From positions 150,723,810 to 150,787,809 of the forward strand of contig NC_068981.1 of NCBI RefSeq assembly GCF_001194135.2: 64,000 nucleotides of DNA. Reading direction: 5' to 3'. A model generated the notes under the pieces. That model was not told the DNA's origin, searched no databases, and saw only the letters and a program-made list of their open reading frames with translations. The DNA comes from Octopus bimaculoides. Taxonomy: Eukaryota. Shown in pieces: positions 11,818 to 25,158 of the stretch; within the stretch, counting starts at the first letter, position 1, and each line of letters begins with the position of its first letter. The position numbers and the translations under genes were made by a program.

Positions 11818-12730
11818 TGTAATCGTAATGAAATATGATAAGGCTGAACCTTTGAATTACAAATGCAGTCAGTTTATCCACGAAGCTTCAATACAGTTTC
11901 CATCTATCCATTTTCATTCACAACAGCTATATTGACAGGAGACTACAATAAAACACACTCAGTCAAGATACATCTCAACTTTAAACCAAGGTACAATGAA
12001 TGTGAAACCAGCACCTTAAATATTCAACCATAGCTGTGTCTACTTTGATCTCTTGCAATAGTACAAACAATCCATCACTTACATTAACAAACACACAAGC
12101 AATCACTTACATTAATGCAAACACACAAATCTGTCAACTTTGGTCATTGACCAGCTGTCCCCCTTGTTAAATCCACTCTTCTTCCTTATTCTTCAGCATT
12201 AATATTTTTTTCTCACCTTCCCTCTACTGTGGATCTATTTCTTTACGGCTACCAGTAAACTTTTAACTCTCATTCCAACAAAGAGTTCTTCTCTAAGCAA
12301 AATGATTAATTTCAGTTTGTTAACTATTTATAATTGCTACTTGCCAATGCAGGCCATCAATGGTTTCTTTAGATTCTACTGTCTCGCATAATTTTATAGG
12401 TAAGAGACATAACCAATTAGTTAATCCCATAAGAGATGTAAAAGAAAATTTATTGCGGTAATGTTTCTTCTTAGTAAATATCTTATCAGAAATACAGCAT
12501 CTGTGATTGCATGATTTGTTACAAACCCAAGGAGGGCTCTTTGCAGTCACCCTAATTGCTAGCAATAGCAGTAAAGTTTTCCTCAAATCACATTTACTAT
12601 CTTAAAAGAGAGAAATTACACATTAGATAATATAGTCCTACATATCGTTAAAAAGATAAACAGGACACAAGCAGAATGTCTCTAATCATAGGTTTGCTCA
12701 ATTAATACTGAAATGGAGCTAAACAACAAC

Positions 12731-13136
12731 ATCCTTTTCGAGCGTGATCGCTACCAGAGTCGCCTTCCTGGCACTTGTGCCGCAGCTTTGCGTTCCTGGC
12801 ACTTGTGCCGGTGGCACGTGAAAAGTCATTCGAGTGAGATCATCGCCAGTGCCACTGGACTGGCTCCTGTGCAGGTGGCACGTAAAATACACCATTTTGA
12901 GCGTGGCCGTTGCCAGTACCGCCTGACTGGCCTTCGTGCTGGTGGCACGTAAAAGCACCCACTACACTGTCGGAATGGTTGGCGTTAGGAAGGGCATCCA
13001 GCTGTAGAAATTCTGCCAAATCAGATTGGAGCCTGGTGTAGCCATCCGGATCACCAGTTCTCAGTCAAATCGTCCAACCCATGCTAGCATGGAAAGCGGA
13101 CATTAAACGATGATGATGATGATGATGGTGATGATG
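12731..13136 (+). mobile_element. RTE-tail repeat family B, young long copy with internal ggtggcacgtaaaa subrepeats
   Basis: CpG-rich, three ggtggcacgt(g/a)aaa units, ggttggcgttaggaagggcatccagctgtagaaa, (GAT)n tail. Confidence 0.9.
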
Positions 13137-13487
13137 AATATGTTTCCTAGAGGTTTCTACAATCTTCCTTATTTGAACAATGTGTTCTGTCTAAAGTGAC
13201 ATTTACATGCATAGCATTTTATAATGATCTTGCTAGGTTTGCCTGTACTGAGCTGTTAATAATAACAGACATTGTAAAATTAACATCATACAATATGCTT
13301 TTTCTGTACATTTTACCCCACCACTACCACCATCATCATAGTCTACTAAAAAATTAGTTCAACTTCTTAAACTGATTATGTTAAGAGATAATGAACTTAC
13401 CCACAATAACTAGAGATCAATCAGGACTTATAATAATCGTAACTTACAATATGTGTTCTGTCCAAATCAGTGCACTTTACAAATCTG

Positions 13488-13522
<35 letters not shown>

Positions 13523-14378
13523 GAGAGAGAGACAGACAAACAGACAGAGAGTGTGTAAGAATGGGAGTTGTACTCTATCCAGTTTTATACAATTATATAT
13601 ATTTAACAACTCATCTGAATCTACAGGCTTTGCTTTAAACATAATATTGTGCATTTGACAACCATTTACTTTGAAGGTTATTACAACTGATTTAACATTA
13701 TCTATCCCCCTTGTATCTAGATTCAACTTTTCTAAATTTAAATTTGATCAGAAACAGTCTTATGAACTCTGAAGCTTTCAGATAAACAAAGATATAAAGA
13801 AGAGAAAGGTCCCTGGTGAGTATGCTAGATGCAGGAATCAATTAACTGACCGAACTAGCAAACCAAAATATGACCATAAATACAACATTTTTGTAATGCA
13901 TAAAGTATGGCTGTGTTTGATCTGTCTACCAAGAACTACCTCATTGTTACCACCTGGTGGCTCAATATCAGACTAGAGATGTAGGCTCTGCAAGTAGCAA
14001 CAAAGATGACTTGTCTAGGTGGGGAGTACTAACTTGGAATGAAAATTAATACAAGGAACAGAAGACCCTGTAGCTCTGACAAACAACCTCTAAAAATAAT
14101 GAAAGCATGATACAATGCACCTAGTCCCTGCTGTAAGGTGGTTAGCAATAGGAAGGGCATCTAACCATAACAGCATGTCAGAAATGCATGATATAGACAG
14201 TAACAGTGATTGGCAGTTTTCTCTGCTGTTGAGTGTACTAAATGACAAAGGAATGCAGTAACAGCTGTTCAACACATACCAACATGGAAAAAATGGATGT
14301 ACTGATCTTGTTCATGATCATGATGAACTATAGTTGGTCACCATGTTCAAATAATGACAACTAAATCAAACTGATCTA

Positions 14379-14800
14379 AACTGTGTGGAAAGATGCTTGC
14401 TTCCCAACTACATGGTTCAGTCCTATTGCATGGCACCTTGGGCAAGTGTCTTCTACTATAGCCTCGGTCTGACCAAAGCCTTGTGAGTGGATTTGGTAGA
14501 TGGAAACTGAAAGAAGCCTGTCATGTATGTGTGTGTGTGTGTGTGTGGGTGTGTATGTGTGTGTGTGTGTGCACGCTTGTGTGCGTGTGTGTCTTGGTGT
14601 CTGTGTTTGTCCCACCAACCACTGCTTGACAACTAGCATTAGTGTGTTTATGTTCCTGTAACTTAATAGTACAACAAAAGGGTTCAATAAAATAAGTATC
14701 AGTCATAAGTACTGGGGTTAATATGTTTGACTAAAAATTCTTCGAGGTGGTGCCCCAGTAAGGCCACAGTCTAATGACTGAAACAAGTAAAAGATAAAAG
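14379..14800 (+). mobile_element. SINE family A, near full length
   Basis: Head, central (TG)n and 3' gactgaaacaagtaaaaga tail all present. Confidence 0.9.
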
Positions 14801-15345
14801 ATATTTATTCATAATTAGTTTTAACTTATTGGTTACTTCTAAGCACCTGACTGATGCCGTTTAAGACAAAGGTCAAGACTGTCATAGTTAACAACAATGT
14901 TCAGATAGAAAACTAAATGTGCTGGATCATTATTTTCCTTACTAGACCCCAAGATGCTAGATTATAAACCATCACTTTTTAATCAGCTGTATAACCTGCA
15001 GCAGTCTGAATTAAGACTAAATGCAAACATCATCATTTAATGTAAGGTTTCCTTACTGGCATGAGTTGAACAGATCTCACAGCATCTGAGTGTTCTGTCC
15101 AACACATGCCAACATGGGTTGGTAGCAGGAAGAGCATCCAACCAAAAAGTCCTATCCAAGCCTTGCTAACATGGAAAAGCTGATATAAATGTACAGAAGA
15201 TACCCCACCACACACACACATGCACACACACACAAATATGAATCTATACTAGTAAATTTTTACACACACACTGTAATTCTAAGCAAGTCATCAAAAGGAT
15301 ACAAGACCTACACAATTTGGGATACTGCCTTTATACACACATACA

Positions 15346-15712
15346 GGAGGCGCAATGGCCCAGTGGTTAGGGCAGCAGACTCGCGGTCATAGGATTGCGG
15401 TTTCAATTCCCAGACCGGGCGTTGTGAGTGTTTATTGAGCGAAAACACCTAAAACTCCACGAGGTTCTGGCAGGGGATGGTGGCGAACCCTGCTGTACTC
15501 TTTCACCACAACTTTCTCTCACTCTTTCTTCCTGTTTCTGTTGTGCCTGTATTTCAAAGGGCCAACCTTGTCACACTGTGTCACGCTGAATATCCCCGAG
15601 AACTATGTTAAGGGTACACATGTCTGTGGAGTGCTCAGCCACTTGCACTTTAATTTCACGAGCAGGCTGTTCCATCAACTGGAACCCTCGATGTTGGAGT
15701 GCCAACAACAAC
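15346..15712 (+). mobile_element. tRNA-derived SINE family E
   Basis: A-box TGGCCCAGTGG and B-box-like GGTTTCAATTCCC. The 3' half is shared with 39115-39440; CAA tail. Confidence 0.85.
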
Positions 15713-16562
15713 ACACATACAGAATAGACATCATCTAAAAGAAGGCAATTCAGTGAGTAGTGAAGGACATCCTCATCAAATACACTACAACAGCATATTT
15801 GCAGGCATATTTCTTCATTTTTACCCCTGATACTAATTACTGCTCAATTGTTCCTCACCACAATTGAAGCCTTCTGGAATTCTTCTCCAACCCAGGATTT
15901 TTTTCCTTTCTAGATTTCTAGATACACATAGCAGCTTACTGAATGTTTAAACTGGGTATCAACCAAATTTGTATGACGAGGAGGGGAGGATGGAGATTTT
16001 ACAAAGGTCATGAGCATTGGCTCCCTCCTCCTACAATTCATAATCAAATAAATAGTTCACCAAATTGGCTAGGTAACACAGATTAATAAAGCACAGGGAT
16101 TATCATCAACAGTTCAAGGACATCAAGATTAATAACTCCCAATTTTGGGATAATATTAAACACACTTTATACATCAGATGCATATTAGAAACCAAAGCAA
16201 TCAGACTCATGTAATTGCTGTCTTTAAACATAAATGGTTTCTGAAATCATTTTGTTAATTACAAAAAAATAAAATGTCTGCATTTTATTACTTTATGCAC
16301 AATTAAATAAACATAATTTTACATTACAATTTCAAAACTAATTAATCATTTAGAATAAATAGATAACAGTGATCTAAGAAAATGGCTCTGTCAAAAGTAA
16401 CCCTTACTATGACTCCTACTACTACTAGAAGAAGAAGAAGAAGAAGAAGAAGAAGAGCAACAACAATTGCGACACAAATTACACATTACATTCAGTAAGG
16501 TTATCCTTATAATAACAATGAAAATAACAACAGTAATATTACTACTATTACTACGATTACCA

Positions 16563-16594
<32 letters not shown>

Positions 16595-17008
16595 CCTCTA
16601 AATCTCAGTCCCCTCACCTCACTCCAGCCAGAATCCTAAATCTGAACCTTAAGTCACTAGCATTGTCCATAAATGAGCTATTTACTAATATGCAAGCTTA
16701 ATAACTACTTAGTGTCGTTTAAGTCTCTCTGCTGTAATCATTATGTACCAAAATTAAGTCAGTCACATGCACATATGAACAGGTCAAAACACACACATAT
16801 ATATGTGTGTGTGTGTACATGTGTTTAAAGAAAGTTGTATTTATGAATGTGTCTTTGTATGTATGTAAGTATGCATATAAAAGCACATGGTAGTAGGCAT
16901 GTATGGATGTGTGTGACTGTATCTGTATACCTGTGACCAAATATTTTTCTTAATGTGATTAACAGTAAATGCACATGTTCATACATTTGTTTACGTGTTT
17001 GTAAATGA

Positions 17009-17050
<42 letters not shown>

Positions 17051-17539
17051 TAGATATATGTATGTACGTATGCAAGCATTGTGAAAGAGAGGAAGAGTAT
17101 CTATGCTTAATGTTGTTGTTTGGACCCAAATCAAACATAAACAAGCAGAATTCTGATCATAATATGCTAATTCTAACCACCTTACCTTTCATTTTTACGG
17201 GGCGTATAAGTATACATTTTCCAATGTAATTCTTTTCCTTCTTGAGGAAGTAGGATACAATTTGAAAGCTATTTCACTACCACTTTTATAAAGTTAAGCA
17301 ACTCCAAAAAAGATCCCTCATTTTGCGAGTGCAGGTGTATATTTTTCTCCAAAGGTATCCTGGTATATCTCTGCATGTATGTCTTTGACATCAGTACAAC
17401 TGAAATTCTAAGTTTTGGGTTCAATAGCACTGCATGGCACCTTAGACAAATGTCATCTACTTTAGCCCCAAGCAAACCAAAGTCTTGTGAGTTAATTTGG
17501 TAGACAGAAACAGAAAGAAGCTTGTCAAAGCATGCCATT

Positions 17540-17835
17540 CATTTCTAATCTTCTTGAAAACATGTCCGGCCATGGGGAAATATTACCTCACTTGTAAAAT
17601 TAGGTGAGAGCTGGTGACATAAAGGGAATCTAGAACAATAACTATGATGATTTAAACTTCTCAATATATTGGAGAGGGGGTAATTAACCTAGGTGAGTAA
17701 TTGTCCTAGCAGGTAATTGTCCTGATACACATGAAGGGCAGCCAGCCATAGAAAATCTGCCTCAACAAATTTCATCTGACTCATGTAAGCATGGAAAGTA
17801 GATGTTGAAACAAGAATAATGATGACAATGATGAT
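17540..17835 (+). mobile_element. Family C repeat (RTE-like tail) interrupted by a ~105-bp ggtaattgtcct-repeat insert
   Basis: Matches 48470-48695 except for the insert at about 17630-17730. Confidence 0.6.
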
Positions 17836-18364
17836 GTTTTATTTAATGTCTTTTTAAAATCAAGGTGTTGTATGTTGGCTGTAAAATATAGGTATGGGTT
17901 CCGTGATTTTTGGAAAACTATATCATGGGTTTCATGCCAAAATAAATTTGGGAACCAGTGACACAAACAATAGGACTTGCAAATATGTAAACATAATGGA
18001 AGAAGTTTAGCTATCACTCACAGGTAGGTATGACATATAGCATGTACCATGGTTTTGATAATTATTTTAGGCAGCCATGTGGTCACACAAAGACACAGGC
18101 ACCCTCTCAGACCAAAGAACATTGAGGTTATGGCAGCTGGAGGGAAAGAAAGCTCCACATGGTTTATAACTGAGTAAAGTAGAGCAATGTGAAATGAATT
18201 TACTCAAGAACAGAATGATCTGCCTGATCCACAAATTAAACTCACAAAATTAAAGTTGTGACCCCAAAACTTTGACTGCTAGACTACCAGCCATCAAATA
18301 AAACACAATAAGCAATACAATAGTTTCAGAGAGTTTTAAAGAAGTCTCAAACTTGATTAAGTGC

Positions 18365-18570
18365 ATCATCATCATCCTTTAACATCTGTTTTCCATGCTG
18401 GCATGGGTTAGATGGTTTGACCAGAGCTAACAAGCCAAAGAGCTACACTTGGTTCCAGTCTGATTTCACTTGGTTTCTATGGTTGGATGCTCTTCTTTAT
18501 GTCAACTACTTTACAGTGTGCTGGGTGCTTTTAGCATGGGACCGGCACAAGCGCTTTTAAATGGTGCCAC
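18365..18570 (-). mobile_element. RTE-tail repeat family B
   Basis: Reverse complement of the family B tail. Confidence 0.8.
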
Positions 18571-19123
18571 CATAATAGTGGAAAATCGTACCATTGTACA
18601 GAAAACTTTTACATATATTTTCACAAAACTTTAATTTGATTCTATTTCTCCTGTGTAAGGTGAACTCAATTTTGGATGTAGATAACTGTATTTTTTTTTT
18701 TTTTTGCACTGCAGAAACTGGTATTCTGAGATTAAAACATGCTAATGCACATATGTATGAAAAGATGGATAGACAGCATTAAAATATGGACAGATAAATC
18801 ATTAGTAGAGCGATGAGATCTGGCACACAGCTATGTCAGAAAGCAAAAATTAGAGTATGTTATATTTGGTACCTTTACAACTCTTGTGGAAGTTAAAGAT
18901 TCAAGCCTCAGTGTGCATATGTAGAACTATATATATATACACAGACACATGTATACACAGACACATGTATACACAGACACATGTATATACACATGTATAC
19001 AAAGTCATTTCTTGTGATCACTTTCGGATGGAACTTCTAATAAAAAATATAGTGTGGGACTCATTAATTTTGATAATCACTGCTGGTAATGTTATTTCTG
19101 ATTATGATAACCAACCTGAACTC

Positions 19124-19155
<32 letters not shown>

Positions 19156-19229
19156 CACGCGCACATACGTACATGCATGTACACACAATCACACATGTGT
19201 GCAAAAGACAAAAACAGAGCTTGTATGGA

Positions 19230-19470
19230 CTGCAATACGAGTATGGGATGACAACTGGATAAAGAAATAGCAAACAATCTAGGTAGAAGAAAGATACAGA
19301 AGAGGAAGAGCAAAGTAAGACATGAGAAGAAGTAATGAAGGATGACTTGAAGATGCTAAATATTATGAAAGAGATGTTAATGGTAAGATGCTGAGCTACA
19401 AACATCAACAAGTGGTAAGATGCTGGGCTACAGACATCCTGCTTCACCGATACAGCATGGAAAAAGGCAT
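19230..19470 (+). mobile_element. Old RTE LINE 3' fragment
   Basis: VEERYRRGRA..EEVMKDDLKMLNIMKEM aligns with VEGTRGGGRPRKTWDEVVKHDLRTL of the 23.5-kb copy. Confidence 0.6.
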
Positions 19471-19959
19471 AAGACAATGATGTCNNNNNNNNNNNNNNNN
19501 NNNNNNNNNNNNNNNNNNNNNNNNNNNNNNNNNNNNNNNNNNNNNNNNNNNNNNNNNNNNNNNNNNNNNNNNNNNNNNNNNNNNNNNNNNNNNNNNNNNN
19601 NNNNNNNNNNNNNNNNNNNNNNNNNNNNNNNNNNNNNNNNNNNNNNNNNNNNNNNNNNNNNNNNNNNNNNNNNNNNNNNNNNNNNNNNNNNNNNNNNNNN
19701 NNNNNNNNNNNNNNNNNNNNNNNNNNNNNNNNNNNNNNNNNNNNNNNACTCACTCAGTCCACACAGTAAAGTGGTTGGTGATAAGAAAGGCAATGAACCA
19801 TAATAGAAACATGCCAAAAGCATGACATATGCAACAGATGGCCAGGTTTTATATTGCTGTGCAGCAAATGACTAAGGACTGCAACAAGTAGTGAACTACT
19901 ACACTGAGCCCAGCCAATCCAAGCCATAAAGATGATTATGATATATATATATATATATA

Positions 19960-20350
19960 TACTCTTTTACTTGTTTCAGTCATATGATTGTGGCCATGCT
20001 GAAGCTCCACCTTTAGTTGAACAATTTGAGCCCAGGACTTATTCTTTGTAAGCCTAGTACTTATTCTATCGGTCTCTTTTACCAAACTGCTAAGTTACAG
20101 GGACATAAACACACCAACATCGGTTATCAGGTGATGGTGGGGGGACTAACACAGACACAATTACACATGCACACACACACGCACATATATATACAACAGG
20201 TTTCTTACAATTTCCATCTCCCAAATCCACTCACAAGGCTTTGGTTGGCCCGAGGCTATACAAGAAAACACTTGCCCAAGGTGCCACGCAGTGGGACTGA
20301 ATCCAGGACTATGTGGTTGGGAAGCCAGCTTCTTACCACACAGCCACTTA
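19960..20350 (-). mobile_element. SINE family A, full length
   Basis: Reverse complement of 32489-32883. Confidence 0.9.
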
Positions 20351-20583
20351 CAAATAGATGTATACAGATATGTTCATAACTACAAAACAGAATTATTTCA
20401 TTCTACTGATTCCAGTATATTAATGATACTTATTTAATGCAGTGGGATGAGAAGTCGTCTTCATGAGGAAATGAACTCGGAATAACTTGGCACCACTACC
20501 ATTTTTTAGCATATTTACTTGCTGAAATCTGTTGTTTGTGTTTATGCTCTCATATACACCCATATACGTAAAGACATACATAG

Positions 20584-20634
<51 letters not shown>

Positions 20635-20659
20635 CATACATACATACATGTGTACACGT

Positions 20660-20940
20660 ATATGCACATATACATATGCATATTATACATACATATATAT
20701 ACATACAAATATACATACATAGATATGTATATTATATATACATATATATGCGTACAAATATACATACATAGATATGTATATTATATATACATATATATGC
20801 GTACAAATATTCAAACACAGATATGTATATTATATATACATGTATATACATACAAATATTCATACATAGATATGTATATTATATATACGTATATATGCAT
20901 ACAAATATTCATACATAGATGTGCATATCATACATACATA
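20660..20940. repeat. 49-bp AT-rich minisatellite (about 5 units)
   Basis: Unit atacatacatagatatgtatattatatatacatatatatgcgtacaaat at 20711 and 20760, then more diverged copies. Confidence 0.85.
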
Positions 20941-21354
20941 TGTACACACACACGCATATATATGGAGAGAGAGAGATGTAAATGTACATTCATTTTACAT
21001 AAAAGCAAATATATACAACAGAATATAGGTCCCTCATAAATAAACTATATCTGTTGCATTTTTTTTCTTTTCTGTACTATTTTGTACAGCGTCTGACAAT
21101 TTAAAAAGGCACAACTATATAAATAATATTTACATACAAAGTTTATCTTTTCTGTTTTTTCATCATTAGCAATAATTTTCATCAGTCAACTCACCTGGAT
21201 TATTGATACCCACTTTGCTATTCACATCTTAAGTCAGCATCTTTGTATATTGCTCCTGTACCATATATATATATATACATATATATATAGTATGTATGTA
21301 TGTTTGTGTGTGTGTGTTGTGTGTGCTTTTATAGAAAAGTATATGTCTGTATGA

Positions 21355-21392
<38 letters not shown>

Positions 21393-21791
21393 CCGTTTTC
21401 TTGCTAAGAACTCACAAAAGAGGTACACACTTCAAAAAGTAATAGGCAAAAACCAATTTTGACAACATATGTGTGTGGTGTGGAATCAGAAAGGAGAGAC
21501 AGGGAGGGGCTGAGTGAGTCAGAGAAATGCGTATGCGAGACAGAAAAGGGGAAAGAAAGAGGCAGAGAGAGAAAGGAGGCAGCGAGTGTTATCAGGAAGA
21601 CTGCGAAAATGTACACCAATGTTTGTACGCAAGCATGCGTCAAAACATTAGCTATTGATTTTGTAAAAAATGTATGCATGCATGTGTGTGTGTGTGTGTG
21701 TGTGGACGACTGAGTGTATGAGTGACTGTGTGTGAGTGACTGTGTATGAGTGACTGTGTGGAGGAATAGTGGCTGTGTACTTGAGAGAGAA

Positions 21792-21830
<39 letters not shown>

Positions 21831-22191
21831 GTGCAATTAGATCACCTGCTGCACAGATAACATACTGAGTTTTCACCATGATGTGATTTAAACATTCATC
21901 CACCGAGATAGAGGCAGGGGGTTTATCCCCTCCAACACACACAGACACATACACAGACACACAATCACATTAGTTAAAAAAAAATCTACAAGAAGTTATC
22001 CTTTAAATGAAAAGGGATTCTCTGTTGGGAAATGTATTTCTAAAAGGAACAGCTGTCCCCCACCACCACCACCATTTCCCTCTTCATATCAACTTTTATT
22101 TCCTCCAATTCATTAAGATAAAAATTAATTTTATTTACACACACACACACAAATCAACAGATGTATTTATAGACATTTTTTGAACTGAAAG

Positions 22192-22255
<64 letters not shown>

Positions 22256-22498
22256 NNNNNNNNNNNNNNNNNNNNNNNNNNNNNNNNNNNNNNNNNNNNN
22301 NNNNNNNNNNNNNNNNNNNNNNNNNNNNNNNNNNNNNNNNNNNNNNNNNNNNNNNNNNNNNNNNNNNNNNNNNNNNNNNNNNNNNNNNNNNNNNNNNNNN
22401 NNNNNNNNNNNNNNNNNNNNNNNNNNNNNNNNNNNNNNNNNNNNNNNNNNNNNNNNNNNNNNNNNNNNNNNNNNNNNNNNNNNNNNNNNNNNNNNNNN

Positions 22499-22536
<38 letters not shown>

Positions 22537-23144
22537 CAAAAGAGTAAACTTATCACATTAAAATAATTTAAACAAATTTTAGATTTTTTTAAAGTGGTTA
22601 GTCTGCTTCTTCATTTTTCCTGTTTTCATTCTGAAAATGTATTTTCTGGCTATGAATTTCCACTGCATTTATATCTTCTATTTAGCATAATAGGCTTCCC
22701 ATGGTAACATTTAAACAAGAGCTGATTGTTTTTATATGCTGCTGTCTTTTCAAAACAAACGAAAGAAATGCTGGAGAGATTAATTTGAGGCTGGGATACA
22801 GACATTCATTCAGTTTAATAGCGGAGTATATGGATTAAAAAAAAAAAGGTGTTACATAAAAGGCTGGATAATAAGCATTAGTGAAAACTCGAGGAGGGTG
22901 AAGTTGTTAGGAAAGAAAGCTAACATGAGAATGGTGAATATATTGAATACTTAACAAAAATATAGAAATTAGATATAGAAATAACTGGCAAATATATTTA
23001 TTTAAACTGTAATAAATTTTTGAAATGATGAAAATATACGTTAAAAATAAAGAAACTAAATATGTACTTATGTATATATACCTTCATATATATATTTATA
23101 CATACATATATATACTACCAAAGCAGATATATATAAAAGGATCA

Positions 23145-23380
23145 AAGGTCCTTTCTGAGTCATAGGATCCTAAGGTTGGTTTCCAAGATTCTGTCATGTA
23201 TATATTCCCCACTGGATGGGACACCAGTCCATTGCAGTATCACACATTTTTGCCAGCTGAGTGAACTGGAGCAATGTGAAGTGAAGCGTTTTGCTCAAGA
23301 GCAGAATGCATCATCCAGTCCAGGAAACGAAAGCTCAATCTTAAGATCATGAGTGCCCTAACCACTAAGCCTTGGGCGCC
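23145..23380 (-). mobile_element. SINE family D
   Basis: Matches 5092-5265, with the tRNA-like head at the right end. Confidence 0.75.
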
Positions 23381-23398
23381 TGCATATGTATGTATATG

Positions 23399-23441
<43 letters not shown>

Positions 23442-23523
23442 GAATACATACGTACATATATATGCATACATATACACAAATATAAACACATGCACACATG
23501 TATATACATGTGTATATGTGTGT

Positions 23524-24457
23524 AGCAACATCAAAGGAAGATTAACTGGGAAGATGGGCAATAAGCTCCACAGATGCTCAGAAAACAGATTCCATCACAT
23601 GCCATGGGGAGAAACTAGAAGTAGTTGATAGCTTCTGCTACCTAGGTGACCAAGTCTGTAGTGGGGGTGGATGCTCAGAGAATGATACCACTAGAATAAG
23701 AATAGCCTGAGCAAAGTACAGAAAGCTTCTACCCCTACTGGTGACAAAAGGCCCCTCGCTCAGAGTGAAGGGTAGATTATACAATGCATGTGTGCAAACT
23801 ACCATGCTTCAAGGCAGTGAAACATGGGCCGTGACTGCTGAAGACATGCGTAGGCTTGAAAGAAATGAAGCTAGCATGATCCGCTAGATGTGTAATGTCA
23901 GTGTGCACACACGACGGAGTGTAAGCGCCCTGCAAGAAATGGTGGACATAAGAAGCATCGGATACAATGCTAGACAAGATAGACGTCTGCATTGGTATGG
24001 CCATGTACTATGGATGGATGAGGAGAGCTGTGTGAAGAAGTGTCACTCCCAAACAGTAGAAGGAACCCGTGGTGGAGGGAGACCCAGGAAGACATGGGAT
24101 GAGGTGGTGAAGCATGACCTTCGAACGTTAGGCCTCACAGAGGCAATGACAAAAGACCGAGACCTCTGGAGATATGCTGTGACTGAGAAGACCTGGCAAA
24201 TAAAGTTAGTTCACAGCTGTAACCTACACCAGTGTCGCATAACCAGCCCACTCAAAAGTACCTTGAATCGTAAGGAGACATGCTGTGTTTGAGGAGACCT
24301 ATTGAGTCAGGTACATCAAAATCAAATGGAAATTGCAGTTGTGATCCCCATGCTGGTGGCACATAAAAAGCACCAACCGATCGTGGTCGTTACCAGCCTC
24401 CTCTGGCTCCTGAGCCAGTGGCATGTAAAAAGCACCCACTACACTCTCGGAGTGGTT
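23524..24457 (+). mobile_element. RTE-clade LINE 3' fragment (RT thumb/C-terminus plus 3' UTR)
   Basis: GEKLEVVDSFCYLGD..LYNACVQTTMLQGSETW..RRLHWYGHV..GRPRKTWDEVVKHDL..DRDLWR, with two W-to-stop changes. The UTR runs into the family B motif. Confidence 0.95.
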
Positions 24458-24679
24458 GACAACATGATTAAGCATATTAAATTTAGTTTTTCCACAAAAT
24501 ATACTTTTTTTCTCTCTGCTAAAAAGTAAGGGTATGTCTTATGCAAGAGTGCATCTTATACACCAGCAAATGCTGTATGTTTCCTCTAATATGACAAAGT
24601 GCTCATCAACCACTTGTAGAGAAGTCAAACAAAAGATATTCTCTCCCTTACAAGCTGTCAACCACTGAAGGTTGGCAAA

Positions 24680-24890
24680 TTGGTAGAATCATTGAAGTAT
24701 CAGACAAAATGTGTTCTAATATTTCTTCTGGCCCTTATGTTCTGGGTTCAAATCTCACTAAGGTCAACTTAGCCTTTCATTCCTCCAGGTTCAATAGAGT
24801 ATCAATCATGTACTGAAGTTGATCTAATAGACTACACTCTTCTGCCAAAACAGCTGGCTTTGTGCCTAAAGTAGAAGTGATTATGATTAT
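24680..24890 (+). mobile_element. tRNA-derived SINE family M (gcctttcatcctttcggggtcgataaattaagtacc core, Meta/MESC-like)
   Basis: Core shared with copies at 30.4-31.9 kb, 37.8 kb, 38.4 kb, 39.6 kb, 41.0 kb, 46.6 kb and 55.1 kb. The superfamily label is inference. Confidence 0.7.
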
Positions 24891-25113
24891 TAAGAAAGAA
24901 ATCATTATGATTATAATTAGCAAAGGTATTGAATGATATTTAATTATGTTACTTAATTTTCTGAATTCTAATCTTAAGTCAACAAATCTCCTTTCAATCT
25001 ATCTCAAGTCAAATATATCTGTACTAGTTCAATAATCTATATACTCTTTGCACAAAATGTGGAAGCCTTATGCTAATATAACAAATCACTATTTTCACTG
25101 ATGCATTGATATA

Positions 25114-25157
<44 letters not shown>

Positions 25158-25158
<1 letters not shown>

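Noticed and set aside
12217-12292. Minus-strand 76-nt exon candidate
   Set aside because: Stops in all frames and no independent support.
12790-12960. CRISPR-like repeat-spacer pattern
   Set aside because: Only three imperfect units inside a eukaryotic retroelement tail; no cas genes.
13421-13726. 101-aa minus-strand ORF with a plausible-looking N-terminal half
   Set aside because: No recognisable motif, no good donor, and the C-terminal half is microsatellite.
15346-15420. tRNA gene
   Set aside because: A and B boxes are present but continue into a SINE body; no complete cloverleaf acceptor stem is evident. The same applies to the other SINE heads.
17186-17399. Minus-strand exon candidate (ttcag| ... 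AAG|GTAAGG)
   Set aside because: All frames contain stops, the acceptor lies at a SINE edge, and such signals are expected by chance.
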